This document shows, one piece after another, positions 50,107-50,288 of a stretch of 50,288 bases of DNA. The translations under genes were made by a program, and so were the position numbers. The notes beneath the pieces were generated by a model. The model had not been told where the DNA came from. It saw nothing but the letters and a program-made list of their open reading frames with translations, and searched no databases. Source of the stretch: Paraglomus brasilianum (lineage: Eukaryota); the NCBI GenBank assembly GCA_910592345.1, contig CAJVPI010000137.1, positions 1-50,288 of the forward strand, written 5' to 3'. The stretch's first letter is position 1. Every line of letters begins with the position of its first letter.

Positions 50107-50238
50107 TATGTCCATTTGGAATTTATGTCCATTCGGAATAGACATATGTCAGATGGGAATTTACGTCCATTCGGAATGGACATATGTCAGATTGGAATTT
50201 ATGTCCATTCGGAATGGACATGTATGTCAGATTGGAAT
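50107..50238. repeat. About 38-bp tandem repeat of a palindromic unit (about 3.4 copies)
   Basis: tatgtccattcggaatggacatatgtcagattggaatt repeated; the core atgtccatt-cgg-aatggacat is a hairpin. Confidence 0.85.
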
Positions 50239-50288
50239 CATAAAGACAATCAGGTAACAACATTATAAAATTATTTTATTAACATTAC

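Noticed and set aside
50107..50238. CRISPR-like palindromic repeats
   Set aside because: The linkers are near-identical rather than unique spacers, there are no cas genes, and the context is eukaryotic.

Overview
Eukaryotic, AT-rich genomic DNA from an early-diverging fungus, inferred to be Mucoromycota (probably Glomeromycotina or Endogonales). The inference rests on intron style, a U12-type intron, lineage-style HMG-box genes and the transposon families present. Two compact islands hold conserved genes. The first (about 3.9-19.7 kb) has a cytochrome-b5-fused delta-8 sphingolipid desaturase, a NIPA Mg2+ transporter, a GMPPA-type mannose-1-phosphate guanylyltransferase, the RED/IK splicing factor and a BTB protein. 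The second (about 28.7-31.4 kb) has a TBC1D20/Gyp8 RabGAP and a five-exon MZM1/LYRM7 gene that the ORF track misses. The islands alternate with decayed DNA transposons (Tc1/mariner, pogo/Tigger, long-TIR foldback, MITEs). The last 11 kb is an accessory region of intronless genes. It holds a divergent IDO-superfamily heme protein with two CPF motifs, then an HMG-box cluster: two intact convergent genes with unusual Cys/His appendages, one apparent HMG relic, and five CACGTG sites in 70 bp. Other highlights are a clear minor-spliceosome intron in GMPPA and a spliced, hairpin-bearing unit with no long ORF upstream of the desaturase. All gene models were spliced and translated by eye, and family calls come from remembered motifs, not database searches.
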